Assembly (NCBI GenBank): GCA_040954595.2
Contig: CM082587.2
Location: 7,925,705 to 7,989,704 of the forward strand
Direction of reading: 5' to 3'
DNA length: 64,000 nucleotides
DNA from: Balanoglossus misakiensis
Taxonomy: Eukaryota; Animalia; Hemichordata
Each line of letters opens with the position of its first letter. Position 1 is the stretch's first letter. Both the position numbers and the translations under genes were made by a program. Below the pieces are notes generated by a model, which searched no databases, was not told the DNA's origin, and saw only the letters and a program-made list of their open reading frames with translations. Of the stretch, positions 13,355 to 26,600 are shown one piece after another.

Positions 13355-15487
13355 GAATGTTAAATAAATTCATAAATCACGCGAAATAAATACATTTCTA
13401 CATAGTGTGTAAAAGTATTAGAATTCTTACACATCATCCTGTAAATGGGAAAACTTCACACACAGTTCACCTCACAAAACAAACCATATTTGTTATGTGC
13501 ACTTTACTATTGCCACACACCCATGTAAAAATACCAAAAAAGTCATGATATATAAAATAAAATAAATATAACATTTCAGCCAATTTTCATTATAAGATCA
13601 GTTCACCATAGTATGATGTAATCATGTATTTCATTAATGTTGAACCAATGTCATCAAATTGATGATAAGGTTTTCCTGCAAAGGACATTAATGGCCTGCT
13701 TTATATAAAACAGAAGCTCGGCTGAACATATGCTCTAGCAAACCTCATAACATACACCATTATACATTTCGCATATTCGACAACTGGCACTAACTCTCAA
13801 AATATAATTGCCATGCTGATTAATTCACCTGAAAACCAAACAAATGTATTTAAATCGATACTCATCTCGTATTACATGCTTCCATTATTTGAGATCAAGG
13901 TGAAACTTGCTTCTATAAATGAAGTAATTCTAAAACCTCACTACCCTGATGCCAAAGGCCAATATGCCCCTATACAAAAAATGCACTAATTTTTAATGCT
14001 ATAACCATTAGGAAATGCCATATATACTTTAAACTTCATTCAGTCAATCAAACTTTGTCCCTTCTTCATTAAAATAATTATTTGCTCCACAGTATAACCA
14101 TGATATTGATAATATGAAGACACAATTATATATAAATATATTTCATTGAAAGGTTCATCTTCTTTAAAGTTTAATATCATTTTCTGAATAGCGTATGATT
14201 ATCAAAACGGTTTACAGAAATATTGCAATGATAGTATACTTAAACATATGAATATATTTACATCAATATAAAATCTTTTCATTACACATTCAGTTCAATG
14301 ACAGACTCTTCAGTAGTTACACTCTTATCAGGATGCAGCTTTTTCCTGCAAAAGAACTAAAATCCATTTTCTGCTAGCGAGTAATTACTTCTGATAGGGT
14401 AACCCTTTGAAGAAACCTTCCTAATCATATAAGGGAAGGGGGGTTGGGTTCAAGGTGTACACGTTTAATGCAAACATGAAATTGAACAAGCACCCCAGAA
14501 GGTTGGGAAACTACATTGATAGATGTGTATGCATGTACGGTGTACGTTCTGCCTAATTGGCTCCCATTTCGACACCTGGAAGGCCTTAGTGGCAACTGCT
14601 GGAAAATTAGGTGTGTAGAAGCATAGGTCGGATCACCACATATTTGCGATCGCCTGATGGTACTCTGTTGTTTTCATATATCTCCACGCTTATGAAGTAA
14701 ATCTAAAAACATGGTTTGGGACACATTTGTATATGCCGCTATCAATTGAAATGTCTAAAACACTGACTGGGTTTGATTTCCATGTTTGGGAAAGCACCTT
14801 AACCTCATACTTATCAGAGAACTCCCCATCAGACAACTTCCCTACAAGTTTTGGCAAACATCTCAATACAACCATAACAAATATTTTGAGTACAGCCAAA
14901 ATTGCACCGAAAGCAGGGCAATTTTTATCAAGGTACATTTCATTTTTAAGAATACAAATTATTAGAGTATTACAACTCTTAGTGAAAAGCTTGAATACGC
15001 ATACATGATTAGGCACAATATAAAAATATCAGATTCCTTCTTGCATAGTACCCTCAGGGTAACACCTAAGCAAGACAATATATATTTTGAACTGTTGAGA
15101 ATTTGCCTATCCACTTTCTGTCTGCTATGTCAGTAAGCTGATCTTTGAGCTCCTAAAAATAAACTAAAATGTGTTTTGATCATTCTGTAACAAAAAAACA
15201 TCATATGCATTCTCACATTTATCCCTAAATCTAAGAGCAAGAAATTGTAAGCATGCAGCCCCAAATCTGTGAAGATTTGGTCTGTCTAACATCTTACTGC
15301 TCGAAAGTCTGCAAGCTACTCACATTTTTGTATCTTTGTTGAACGTAGTGCTTTAAATATCTAGATCTTTTAAAGCAATGCCGAATGGGCCAAGAATTTA
15401 TACAATGAGTATTAAACACAATATGCTGTGCAGTTCCTGGGATCCAGACAAATCTACTAAAACTTTCCAACCTACCAACTGAAGTTA

Positions 15488-15819
15488 TTAAAGGGCGAAG
15501 ATCGTCTTATGCGCATGTGCCAAACCAGAAACTCTGGTTAAAAAAATTGTATACAGTCAATTATCATGACGCAGTGTGCTGCCCTAACAACAGACAAGAT
15601 AGCGGCAACCATAGTCTGTGTCGGAGATCAGGAAAGACAGCAAGTTGGGTGAAAAGAAGGGACAAAACTAAAGTCTACTTTTACGGTGCGCATGAAATAT
15701 GGAAGAAAGTGAAGGCAGTCCACTATTTGAATGTGTCAAATGCAAAATTTGCAGAACATTGGTAATGTTTGTACACACGAAATTACGCACATGCGCTTAA
15801 GACGATCATCAGCCTATAA
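15488..15819. mobile_element. TTAA-flanked MITE (Kolobok-like termini)
   Basis: Inverted termini TTAAAGGGCGAAGATCGTCTTATGCGCATGTGC ... GCACATGCGCTTAAGACGATCATCAGCCTATAA. Confidence 0.65.
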
Positions 15820-16049
15820 GTCATGATTTAGTAAACAAGGCAATTGTTCACACAAAGTTGGATACAGCAAATACTTAAAAATTTTTACAAACAGGGTGAC
15901 TGACAAAAAATGGTATTAAAGTAAATACAAAAATCTTACTGCAAATATAAATATTAATTACCTGTATTCAAATTTAAAAGGGTTCATACATACATGTGCT
16001 TTACTTCTGTTTACTTAATCAGGATTGGGCAAATGGCCGTCCATTGCCC

Positions 16050-16245
16050 CAGCGGACATCTTGGTCAGTGCATTGTGGGTAAATGAATATGCAAATTCAT
16101 CATAACTGTCTATTTGCCACAGCAGACATCTTGGTCAGTGCATTGTGGGTAAATGAATATGCAAATTCATCATAACTGTCTATTTGCCACAGCAGACATC
16201 TTGGTCAGTGCATTGTGGGTAAATGAATATGCAAATTCATCATAA
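16050..16245. repeat. 70-bp tandem repeat, ~2.8 copies, overlapping the receptor stop codon and 3'UTR
   Basis: aaatgaatatgcaaattcatcataa recurs at 16081, 16151 and 16221, and the units are nearly identical. Confidence 0.95.
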
Positions 16246-19200
16246 TGATGTCTTTTCCTTGCTCAGCAGAATGACAGACATGGGAGTGTCATAGTCATGG
16301 AATTCAAACCTTCCAAGTTCATCTTCTCTTGATAACACTGCGGCTATATCAGCAGCACTGTCTCTCTTCCTGAGATTTCTCTTCTTCATTTTAAAGTTTA
16401 CCTGCAAGTGCAACAAAAATTTGTTTAAGTATTTACAAAACGGATATGATATTAAGCAGGAATGATGAAACACTTTAATAGTATTTTTATATAAAGGAAA
16501 TAAATGTATAATATATGACTCTTAAACTGAATCATGCAGCATGCAAGCTATTGGGAAGGAATGTTAATATATGTTAAATGGCTTCTGGGTGATTAAACTG
16601 TCTGAGCAAGTATTTTGCATACTGGTAGGATTATTATCACACCAGGATCAAATTCATCATATATTACCTTACTGTACATAGCATCCAACTCAGTTGAAGA
16701 CAATGACGATACATTAAGCCCAGTCCCTGAAGATAAAGCTGGCGAGGGGATATCCCTTGGGGTCACATTGTTGGAATTAGACAAAGTGTCTAAATCCATA
16801 TAAGCTAAATTGAAAAGAAAAGAAGACGGGAGTGCACCCCATGACTATTAGAGAGCATGCATGCAATCTTACAAAATAAATAAAATCTGCATCTTCCAGA
16901 GAGATATAGACTGAAAGATCTGCAGATTGAGATACTCTCTAGACTCATCTTTAAAGGGACACAGTCACTTGACATTATTTCAGTTCTTTGAAGTTTCTTG
17001 TGAAATATTGTTGTATTGTTCTGCTCACTGAAATGGATTTAATTACTGGTTGACAGCTCAACTCATACCCTGTACATGGGGCATACTGAGTGTTACTTTC
17101 ACGATTAAACATTTGGTATGTACCCAAAATATGTTTTACAGAAGAATTCAGACGTTATAACTATGCACAGGGTGATAGTTGAATTGTCATAACCGCTGAT
17201 TAAGTATATTTCACTGAAGAGAACAACATGAATAGTATTTCAAAAGAAAGTAATATACCCGGTAACCAAAATAATGTCAAAACTGGGCGACTTTGTCCCT
17301 TTAATGTAGAGAGAACATCAAGTGGTGTATCTTTCAGTCTACAGGCAAGACAGAAAAGAAAATGCAATACATGCAATTGTTTCTACAATACACATGCTGA
17401 CAGACTGACCAGTAAAAAACTTCTGCTAAAATGCAAATAACATCATCAAGAAAAACCAACAGAGTACATACATGCACAAGTACCGGACTGATCAGTTTCT
17501 TTGGGCGGGGGATTTTATTTTGTGGATATCAAAAAGTTACTGATCCCCCCTCCCCCATTGATTAACTGGTATAATCTCCTCATTGCAAAGATTACCGGTA
17601 GACTTAAGAATGAAAGTCTGAGACACAATCAAGGCATTTCTCCTGAACTAACCTCTGCCTCAGGAGTGCATGTGTATACGGGTACCACTACCGCTAATCT
17701 ACTGAATAACAGTAGGACAGTTTAATCCGGCCATATGCTAACATTCCTAAAAGCATTACCAGCAAACCATGACAACTAATGGAACACACTGTGGGTGCTG
17801 TACCGTACTCACAATCTCTTTTTTGCACAACACCACAAATTTTCAATAACCTCAATCTGCTTTCTCCTTACTGAGCTTGTAAATTTCAAACACTTTCTTA
17901 TGATCGTGTCTTTAACATCACAGACATTAAGAAACATTTGTGGAGTCTGAGAGATAATCATCTTGGACAATTGATGATATTATCTGCATCAAAGGTGGCA
18001 TCATTATTAGGCCAGGCATATAGACTTAATACAAGATTGCAACTTTCTGAAACCTCACAGGCGGTATCTTATTCAGATTACGTCCTCAATTTTATTTTTC
18101 AAATTGTACCGTCACTCATTGACAGATGTGTATCTGTTTCTCCCTGTACTGGAGCAAGACATGCATGGGTAAATTTGTGTGTTATAGAAAAATATCTTTG
18201 GATATCTATACACCTGCAACCTGGCTGCCAATGTACCAGTAGAATGGCAAATCTGGACATTATGTGCATGTTAAATAAAAACTATTGCAAGATGAATATG
18301 ATAAACAAACTTGTCGATCTGTATTCAGCCGCTGATAAAGTGCAACGTCAACAATCAGTTCAAAATGTACAAAGAGATTTAAATGATATTGTCTTGGAAT
18401 TTTATGTACGTTTGTAGTTTACACCTCATTATTGTCACCTTCACAGTTTGTAAACACAGCAAATATGTTAGTTGTTTGTCATATGTTTTTATACACCATC
18501 GCTCTTGTTCCTGCAACTGATGTACCCATCCATTCACACACACTAACTGATATTGTGACACATGTTGATCCAGGCCTTGTTATCACACCAGCTTAGATCA
18601 AGGCAAGTAATACCGTCACAAATCTGAGCCTATCCAGATCACAGTGAACCATCCACATACAATTTTTATGCCAGTTTCTGACCTAGAACTTTTCTGAGCT
18701 GTCATAATGGGCTTGTGGTTAAACAAGTCAAGGTTTCAATGACAGTGGACAGGTCATTCCTAACGAGAAAGTTTAAAAGATCAAGGAATTGTGCAATTGC
18801 TTATGTGTGTTGTAAGCTTTCACAAGAGAATCAGATAAACATGTGCTTGTCGCAGCTGGAGCCCACTCTTTGTTTTATTTCTGAAGTCAATTGTAGATCG
18901 AGTTCTGATTGAACTTTTGTATGGAAAAAGATTTAAATTTTTTTTATGATAATGCATTGGTATACCGTAGTCAACTTCTTCCACAATACTTAATATGATA
19001 TGCTAGTCAATCCCAGTGAAGATGATCAGAGTCTCTGACCTACATGTACATGCGGGCGATGAAAGCATAATGTAATTGCCTTGGGAAGAAACACTCTCCA
19101 CACAAACTGAACAAATGATACAGCTGACTTACACGCTATATTCCTGTCTTCATCTGCCGGAAGATACTTGAGTTCATCTAATGTGCTGTACCCAAAGTCA

Positions 19201-20638
19201 TTCATGGGAGTCTTGCTTCCCACACTTTTACCCGAGTGCATCTCCTCGCGATTCATGTTGTTTGAATTGGAATTCATCATTCCCCTGCTCTTCTCTTTGT
19301 TCGCTTTCGATTTCTGTTTTCCCTCCTCCATTCTGGTGACTTGCATGGGCACAGAGTGGTTGGAAGCGGCCATTGCTTCCGCACTGCCGCTCATTGTTGC
19401 CACGGCGTCGTTTTCAATGGTTGCCGTGACAGCCACTTCGCTCCTCGGGCTGCTGACTCCATCGCCTTTCTCTCTCTCGGCCACACTTTCAGAAATACTC
19501 TGCGTTCTGAATCAATGAATTAAAAACCGATGTTTTATTACTGGTATCACGGTGCCAGAAAAATACAAAGTAAAAATGCATGTTCAAATTCACTGGTACC
19601 CCTTTAAGCATTTATCAGTAATATACCGGTAGGGTTATTCACGAAATATGCCACCAGTTCTACCGGTATATGAAAGAGGGCTTTGTGTGAGATGCAAAAG
19701 ACGAATCATTTCAGAGTGCAAAACACCTTGAATGTGCAACAGCAGTCAGAATTTGTATGTGACTGTATTTTGTAGCCTACAGAGTTCCGGTATCTATATT
19801 CATGATTCAGTAATTCACAAAGTCAATAAATAATTGATAAAAACGAGTCACATTTACATGAATCAACTGGGTGTTCAGTCTTTAAAGGGACAAAGTCTCT
19901 CTCTCGCTGCCCTTTTCCATTAATTATGTTTGATACAAGACACTGTTTATGTTATTCTACATGTGGATATATACATGTAGTGAATCAACGTTCAACCACA
20001 CACAACTTCCATCTCGTTTGTAGGATATGAGAGTAAAAATCTCGACAAAATGAATACTCGGTCTCCACCATTTATTCATTTTGGCGAGATTTTTACTCTC
20101 ATATCCTACAAACAGGACGGAAGTTGTGTGTGGTCGAATGTTGATTCACTAAATATACACATGTACATTAAAATAAACGGTGTATTGTATCAAACATTAT
20201 TAATGGAAAAGGGCAGTGAGAGAGAGACTTTGTCCCCCTTAACTTTTCAATAAAACATGTACCAACACATGTAGATAGGTAGGGACATTTTTTTATTTTG
20301 TAATATTTTTATATCTTTGGCCAACGTAGTGTAGAATGACGTCATAGTTCTTGCGTGATTCTCGAAATCATAAATTTTGTATATTTGACATCGTTATTTT
20401 TACTTCCGAGTTTACGAAGCTCTAAAATGTTTAGGTTCGGCGCGCTAAAATTAGGGTAATCGGAACAGCACATATTTTTCTATTTGGCCAATAGCTTCAA
20501 CCACAAAACATGCCAATGGATGTTACCTCTTCGAATGTCGAGTGCTGGTTTCTTCCAGTTCTACATTTCCAAGATTCTCAACACCTTGCATAGATTGTGA
20601 ACGTGATGTCCGTGACTTATTGGCAGACGGTGGAATCA
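16240..20638 (-). CDS. Cytoplasmic tail exons (4) of the receptor
   Basis: Exons 20638-20527, 19506-19133, 16804-16668 and 16401-16240 splice in frame. The tail is low-complexity, with YSTL, YMDL, YSKV and YDTP motifs, and ends -KTSL*. Confidence 0.8.
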
Positions 20639-23600
20639 CTGTAAACAATGACAATAACATCAATTTTATAAATATAATCAAAATGCCTCTAGAAATTATC
20701 ATTTTGCTAGCATTAGGAACATGATTTCTATTGGAAAGGCCAGAGTATCCCCTCTTTCCATAAAAGATGTTTGATTAAATGAACAGTTTAATAAGTCCCG
20801 ACAGCAGACAGCTAGATCGATGTCAATCTTTTCACAGGCCAGAGACATTTTTTTAAAAACTTTAATTTGGATTTTTCTATCTTAATTGAGAGTAAAAAGT
20901 GGGGCTCACCATGCAAAATTTTGAATGACAGATCAAAATTCTCAAATGTGAAATTCAAAATTAACACATATGAAGAAAATTCAAATTATTGATTTTAATA
21001 GGAAAACATGAACTCCCTGTTTTCTTGTTTGATTTTCAAACAGAAACCTCGCATGCTTTACTGTGGTAAAGAACTAAAAGGTTGAGAGGTCACTGTCATC
21101 CATAGTCGCATTCTGCCTTAACGAATCCAAAACTACGGTGAAAATGCAAAAAAAATATGACATGCAAGTATCAAATGCACTGCTAGATATTAATAGTTCT
21201 TGTATGAATGGTGAAAATGTCCGATACAGAAGTTGAATACTTTGTGGGTTGCATTGTTAGAAAGTTTTGGTCATGTATGGAAAGTGCTTTTGAGTTTTGA
21301 ACATCACAAGTACTGGTACACATTATCCCTTGTGATGCATATCTGAATGAAGGATTTGCACATAAAAACAAACACAAAATATTATTCATTCAACAGTTAT
21401 ACCAGATCATATTGTGGAACTACCATGGATACACAAAACCTTTCCCTTCTTTGGAAGAAATTACTGCATATGGTATTTCTGAGAAATGTCGGCTCCAAAA
21501 AACTGAAACAAAATGGCCGACTTAGAGTCATATTGAACTATTCTTTGAAAAAATATATAACAATTTTGGTTGTCTGGAATGACTGAATGGAATCTTGAGA
21601 TACCATGTACAATCAAGCAAGGAAGTCTTCATTCCAGAATGGAAAATTACCAATTTTTCACATTTTATCAGAATAACATTTAGATCCTGAAGACTAAGTG
21701 ACACGGTAGGAAACGAAAACGTCAAAAGTGAATACGTCAAACGTCATCAAAAGAAACTTTTTCGCATATAGTTGTACTTTGCCAACGCTGATGGCCATCA
21801 AGTCTTACCTGGTTCCTGGAAAGATTAATCACATAAAAACTTGTTTTTTTTTTCTTTTGCCCAGTCACCATGGTATTACACGAAGAAGGTACCAAACTAT
21901 GCTAATTAAAGGCTGATGTCTGCGATGTACGCAGTTCAAATGCTAGCTACTTCTGGCTATATCGAGACATGCTTTAACGCATGCACACACACTCAAAACA
22001 TCCTGACGTCAAACGTATGATCTGATTTCAAGCATGTGATCGACATTTACCTCAATCTTCTCCATCCTGAGGTCGTTTCAGATCAAGCACAACTAAACCA
22101 TCGCGATATCTGTTACTCTACGTCCTTCTACCCAAGAGCAAAGCTCCCCTCTAATTGGAATGCCATTTCATAAAGCATATACACTATATACACAGCATTA
22201 TATTTCAAGTCCCGACTGCAAAACCAGTCGCCTACCGGTACATGTATCTACCAGTAATTGGAATGCACTTTGATAGTACCGTTAAATGTATCTTCAACAC
22301 ACCTACATACAGTGTTATATTTCTTGAAACTAAAACTTATATGCAGATGGAAAACTTATACATCACACTATGAGTGTGCAAGCGCTAATGACTTCTACAC
22401 ATCTGCAAGTAAGGGAGATGGACAGTGAAGAAGCAAGCATGCAATGAACTGTTTGCATTGGAAAGTTTCTTGTCCCCATGCATGGGATTGTCTTGGATTA
22501 TTTCTGCCACATTTCATATTTTACCAATATATTAGCATTACCCTTTCACCACCATGGTTTGGCCCAAATCCATTGTTTTCTATGGTAAAGTTGGACCTCA
22601 ATAGGGGGAAAAGGGGGTCAAATTGTTAAGCGACAAACATAACTATATTTTAAGCGTATTGTTGAGTCAGATTTCTGTGTAGTCCTCCAAATACGTGAGC
22701 AGGTCTTTAACTGCTAGTAAACTATACTCATCATGCACCACCCTAACACAGCAGCACAAATTAGAGAAGGGAAACTGTGCATCTTTTGAAAAATAACTTC
22801 AAGGCAAGACTGAAGGATTCAATTAATGCATATGCTGGTTGCCATTAATGACAAACTTCCAAATGAGCACTCATGGTTTTTTTTTTTTTAATTTGCAACC
22901 CTGTTTGAGATTTCATGGGCAAATCACTCCCACAATTTTATAAAATGTCACAGCTGGCGGATATCTGTCATTAAAAAAACATTTTTTTCTGCTTGGTACA
23001 AATAACCAAACCTATGTTAGCATAGGTTTGGCCCTTTAAGTGTTATAACTCAAAATGCCAGTTTTTTTTACATGTACTGCTCATACCACTACATGGCTAA
23101 CATAACATTATGCCTTCATATGCTGTGGTGTGTAGCGATGGATGATGGGAAGAAGATTAAGATTAGGTTGTCATAGAAACAGATGGTGGTGATACATTAC
23201 TAGACAGAAACATAAAGTAGTGAAGAGGCTAAGCGAAAATGGTTATTGCAGATGACCGTGATGATGCGGTGTGCTCTGATCTGATCTGATCACAAATACT
23301 TGGAAATAGATTTCGCCCGCCGATGATTTTTGGAATGAGACAAAAACTGATCATCTAGAAAGTGACAAGAGTAGAAAGAATAAGGTGTTAAAAGCAGCCG
23401 CTGCAGCCAGACACGGTGAAAGCAATCAATTGCTAAATAGTGTGAAACCTTATCTTTTTCGAGGTATGTACAGGTGCCTCAGCGGACTATCTGGGACCAA
23501 AAGTGCGACTCGCACTATTGTGACGAGTGCTATCTGCGACTTTTGAATCCATGTGAAATAGAATTTTTATTCGTATTGAATGGAGAATGTAAGGAGGTTT

Positions 23601-26600
23601 AAACGCGTAGAAAACTGCCAGAGATTGAATAGACTCGCGGTTTTAAAATTAGTGATAGTAGAGAGAAAATCAATAAGCATATTCATCATATTCAGTATGG
23701 ATACGTCTATGGTCAAATTGACCCGGGCCCGGCTGCACACGATCGTAGACATAATTGTTTGGGGTCGAAGAGATATCATTTGAGACAGTCGCAGATAGCA
23801 ACTTGCGAGAAAGTGTGACTCACACTTTCGGTCGCAGAGCTTTCTGAGGCACCTCTACATGAATGCATTTCACCACAATGAAGATGTGAGTGGTAGAAGA
23901 TAAAGTTTGAACTGGAATGGGCCTACAGTGACTTGCATCTGATGCACACGTAGCTGGAGTGTGTAGGAGTGATCTGATACATCCTTAAGTACGTAACAAG
24001 ATAGTAGCAATACTCTTTGTATCCGATCAAGTTTTTCATCAGTTAGCCAAGACTGAATTTAATGCAGCCCAAGTTTCCTCAATTTTCTTCATTTCTTTCT
24101 GGTTACGTCGCAATTTCTGAAACTGGAGGTCATGCAGAATTTTTGCAAAGATTGGGGCAAAGACAGATTTAATTTTCAAAGTTCTATCACAGGGAACTTA
24201 CAAATCTTGTTGTTGTTGTTGATGATAATAAATATTCTTTAAAAAAACACAATGTGTCATTCCTTGCTGTTGTTTGTCGATGTTGTAAATAACTGTAAAA
24301 AATCACTATAATCGTGACAAAAAACCTAGATCGCCCAACACCACACCAATCTTATTATTATGGTCGCTCAACATCACTCCTGTCTTATTATTACTCAAGA
24401 GTGGAATCAATGCCCCTCATTGGCCGACATGATTGGTGTTGTTTTGATAAAGAATAATAATTATTATTATCAACAACAATAACAACAAGATTTCTAAGTT
24501 CCCTGTTGGTCTATGAGAATGTATACGTCATATGACCCGTGCTTCTGCTTATGTTTTGTACAAGGTCAGGCCGCCCTACCTACGGTACATTAGGGCTTTA
24601 TGATCTACTTCAGGGGATTTAGAACTTCGGTAATTGACAGAAAGCTACAATCTACTGAAAGTATTTCTTTTGCAGGTCACATCCATTAGAGTCATCATCA
24701 GCAGCTGTCCATCATCTGAGCACATCTACCTCGATATGATGCTAATCTCAACTTTATTATTTTCATATCAGACATTTGATTGACACACTTTCACAATAGG
24801 GAACTCTAGACTCTGTCACTATTATGGTAATTACATTTTGTAACTTGAACTTTATACAGAAAAAAGGTGAGTTTGGAGGCAATCAGTGAATGCCCAACAC
24901 AAAATAATGAACAGTTCAATGTGTGTTTAAGTGACAATCACCGACAGCATAAGTTGGTCTTCAATCTCATTAATTGACTCGACTAGTCTATTAATTGACA
25001 TCAAGACTTTCAAATAAGGCTTATCTCTCAATTACTGTTTGTACTACCCCATATAACACATTTCCTGAACGCCAGATGAACCCTGAGTTATGGGATTGTT
25101 TTTTTTTTGAAACCACAAATCAATATCACTTAATTGTTCCTGTAAACTGATAACTATAAAGACAAGACTTTGGTGAAAAATGATATCTCAGCAGCTTTTC
25201 ATCATCGACTAAACTCACAGGATTGTATTTACCCCAAAAAGCATGGTGGCCCTCCATTTTATTACAGAATTGTATTTAACGTACAAAGGGGAATACAAAA
25301 ATCTATGAAAGGACAGTACTATCAATTTCACTGATCATATGTACATCTTCAAAAATAACAAATTTTGTGCCAAAAGTGAGTGATTTTGTCTTTTAATTAT
25401 GATAATGAAGCAGACAGTGGCTCAAACTTAATTAATATTTACTGTACTTACAATAACTCTGTCGTTTCTTGGCTTTCTTATTTCTGTACCGACAGTAACA
25501 AATTCCAAATATCAGAATGCCAAGTATGCTGAGACCAATGGCCACCATAGCACCGATAAAGACTGGCATATCTTTCCTGAAATGAAATCAAACACCAGTT
25601 GCAAATAAACACTGCATGATTTAATTGATTCTAAATTTTAATCCTGAAATAAATAATTCTTCCTCCACAATCTTTCAGGGTAGTGGGAAATAATCTTGTT
25701 AAAGCAACTTTAACTTTAGAGGTCCAACTTCACCATAGAAAAGAATGGCTTTGAACTGAGCTATGGTGGTGAAAGGGTTATGAAAATGAAAGTCAGTACA
25801 TGGTTGAAGCCACATGAAACATTTCAGTAATGCTTTCTAATGTACCACCATACACCAGAAATGTTCTAATGTACCGTACATTGATTGCAACTATTAAAGT
25901 GTCTTTTTCCAAGAAAATGTGTTCAATTATTTAAACTTTCATCCTGTGCCTAACAGCCAATTAGAGAATAGTGGTATTTCGTGAATCATTTACACTTCTA
26001 GCCTGAAACATCCACCGAGAAGAAATTCTAGCACAGTAAGAAAAGATTTTTTTATTTCTCTGTGAAGTTATTATTACTTTTGTTAGTACAGTCATTGATA
26101 TAACACAACAGAGTACCAGTAGAAGCTGACATCCTTAAGTTAACTTGCACTACTTGCAACACTGTGTCATTTAAAGAAATCTGTTTTTCTTACACGACCG
26201 GTTCCTTTTTGGTGAATTACTAAAAAGGCAACAGGCAGCCAGATATGAAGGTCAACACTTCAATCCAATCCTTGTGAAGTACCCTACGTAGTACACCACG
26301 TCAACGAAATACTTGACATTTTCTATTCTGTGCCCACGATCAAAGATGAACACAATTGTTGAGTGAAGTGATGTTCAAGTCATGGTATTTAACCCACAGC
26401 AAAGACGTCATTCTTGCAATTTGCAACATGAACACTGACACTTATTTCACGTTTCTTTCAACACAGAAGTGTAATCAGATATTCCTATGATATCAGTTTA
26501 TCATTCTCTCCATTAAAGCCCTGTTACCCCGAAAGGCATTCAGTAACAATGACTTGTATATTTGTGACAACACATTTTCAATTGCATATTTCTTGGTCAA

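Noticed and set aside
15029-15154. Acceptor-like site with a short ORF downstream of the receptor stop
   Set aside because: It gives only 28 unremarkable codons and there is no support for its use.
16050-16245. CRISPR-like repeat array
   Set aside because: The units are contiguous and nearly identical with no unique spacers, and there are no cas genes in this eukaryotic context.
17812-19025. Possible decayed coding exon on the minus strand, and a 159-aa plus-strand ORF
   Set aside because: The minus-strand frame I read has many stops and neither shows a recognisable domain. The receptor splices cleanly across the region (19133 to 16804).
20050-20253. Similar short ORFs at 20050-20253 and 53961-54176
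   Set aside because: Both lie inside copies of the same non-coding palindromic MITE.
24035-24125. Possible alternative last exon (FQKLRRNQKEMKKIEETWAALNSVLAN*) on the minus strand
   Set aside because: It needs phase 0, but the TM exon ends in phase 1.
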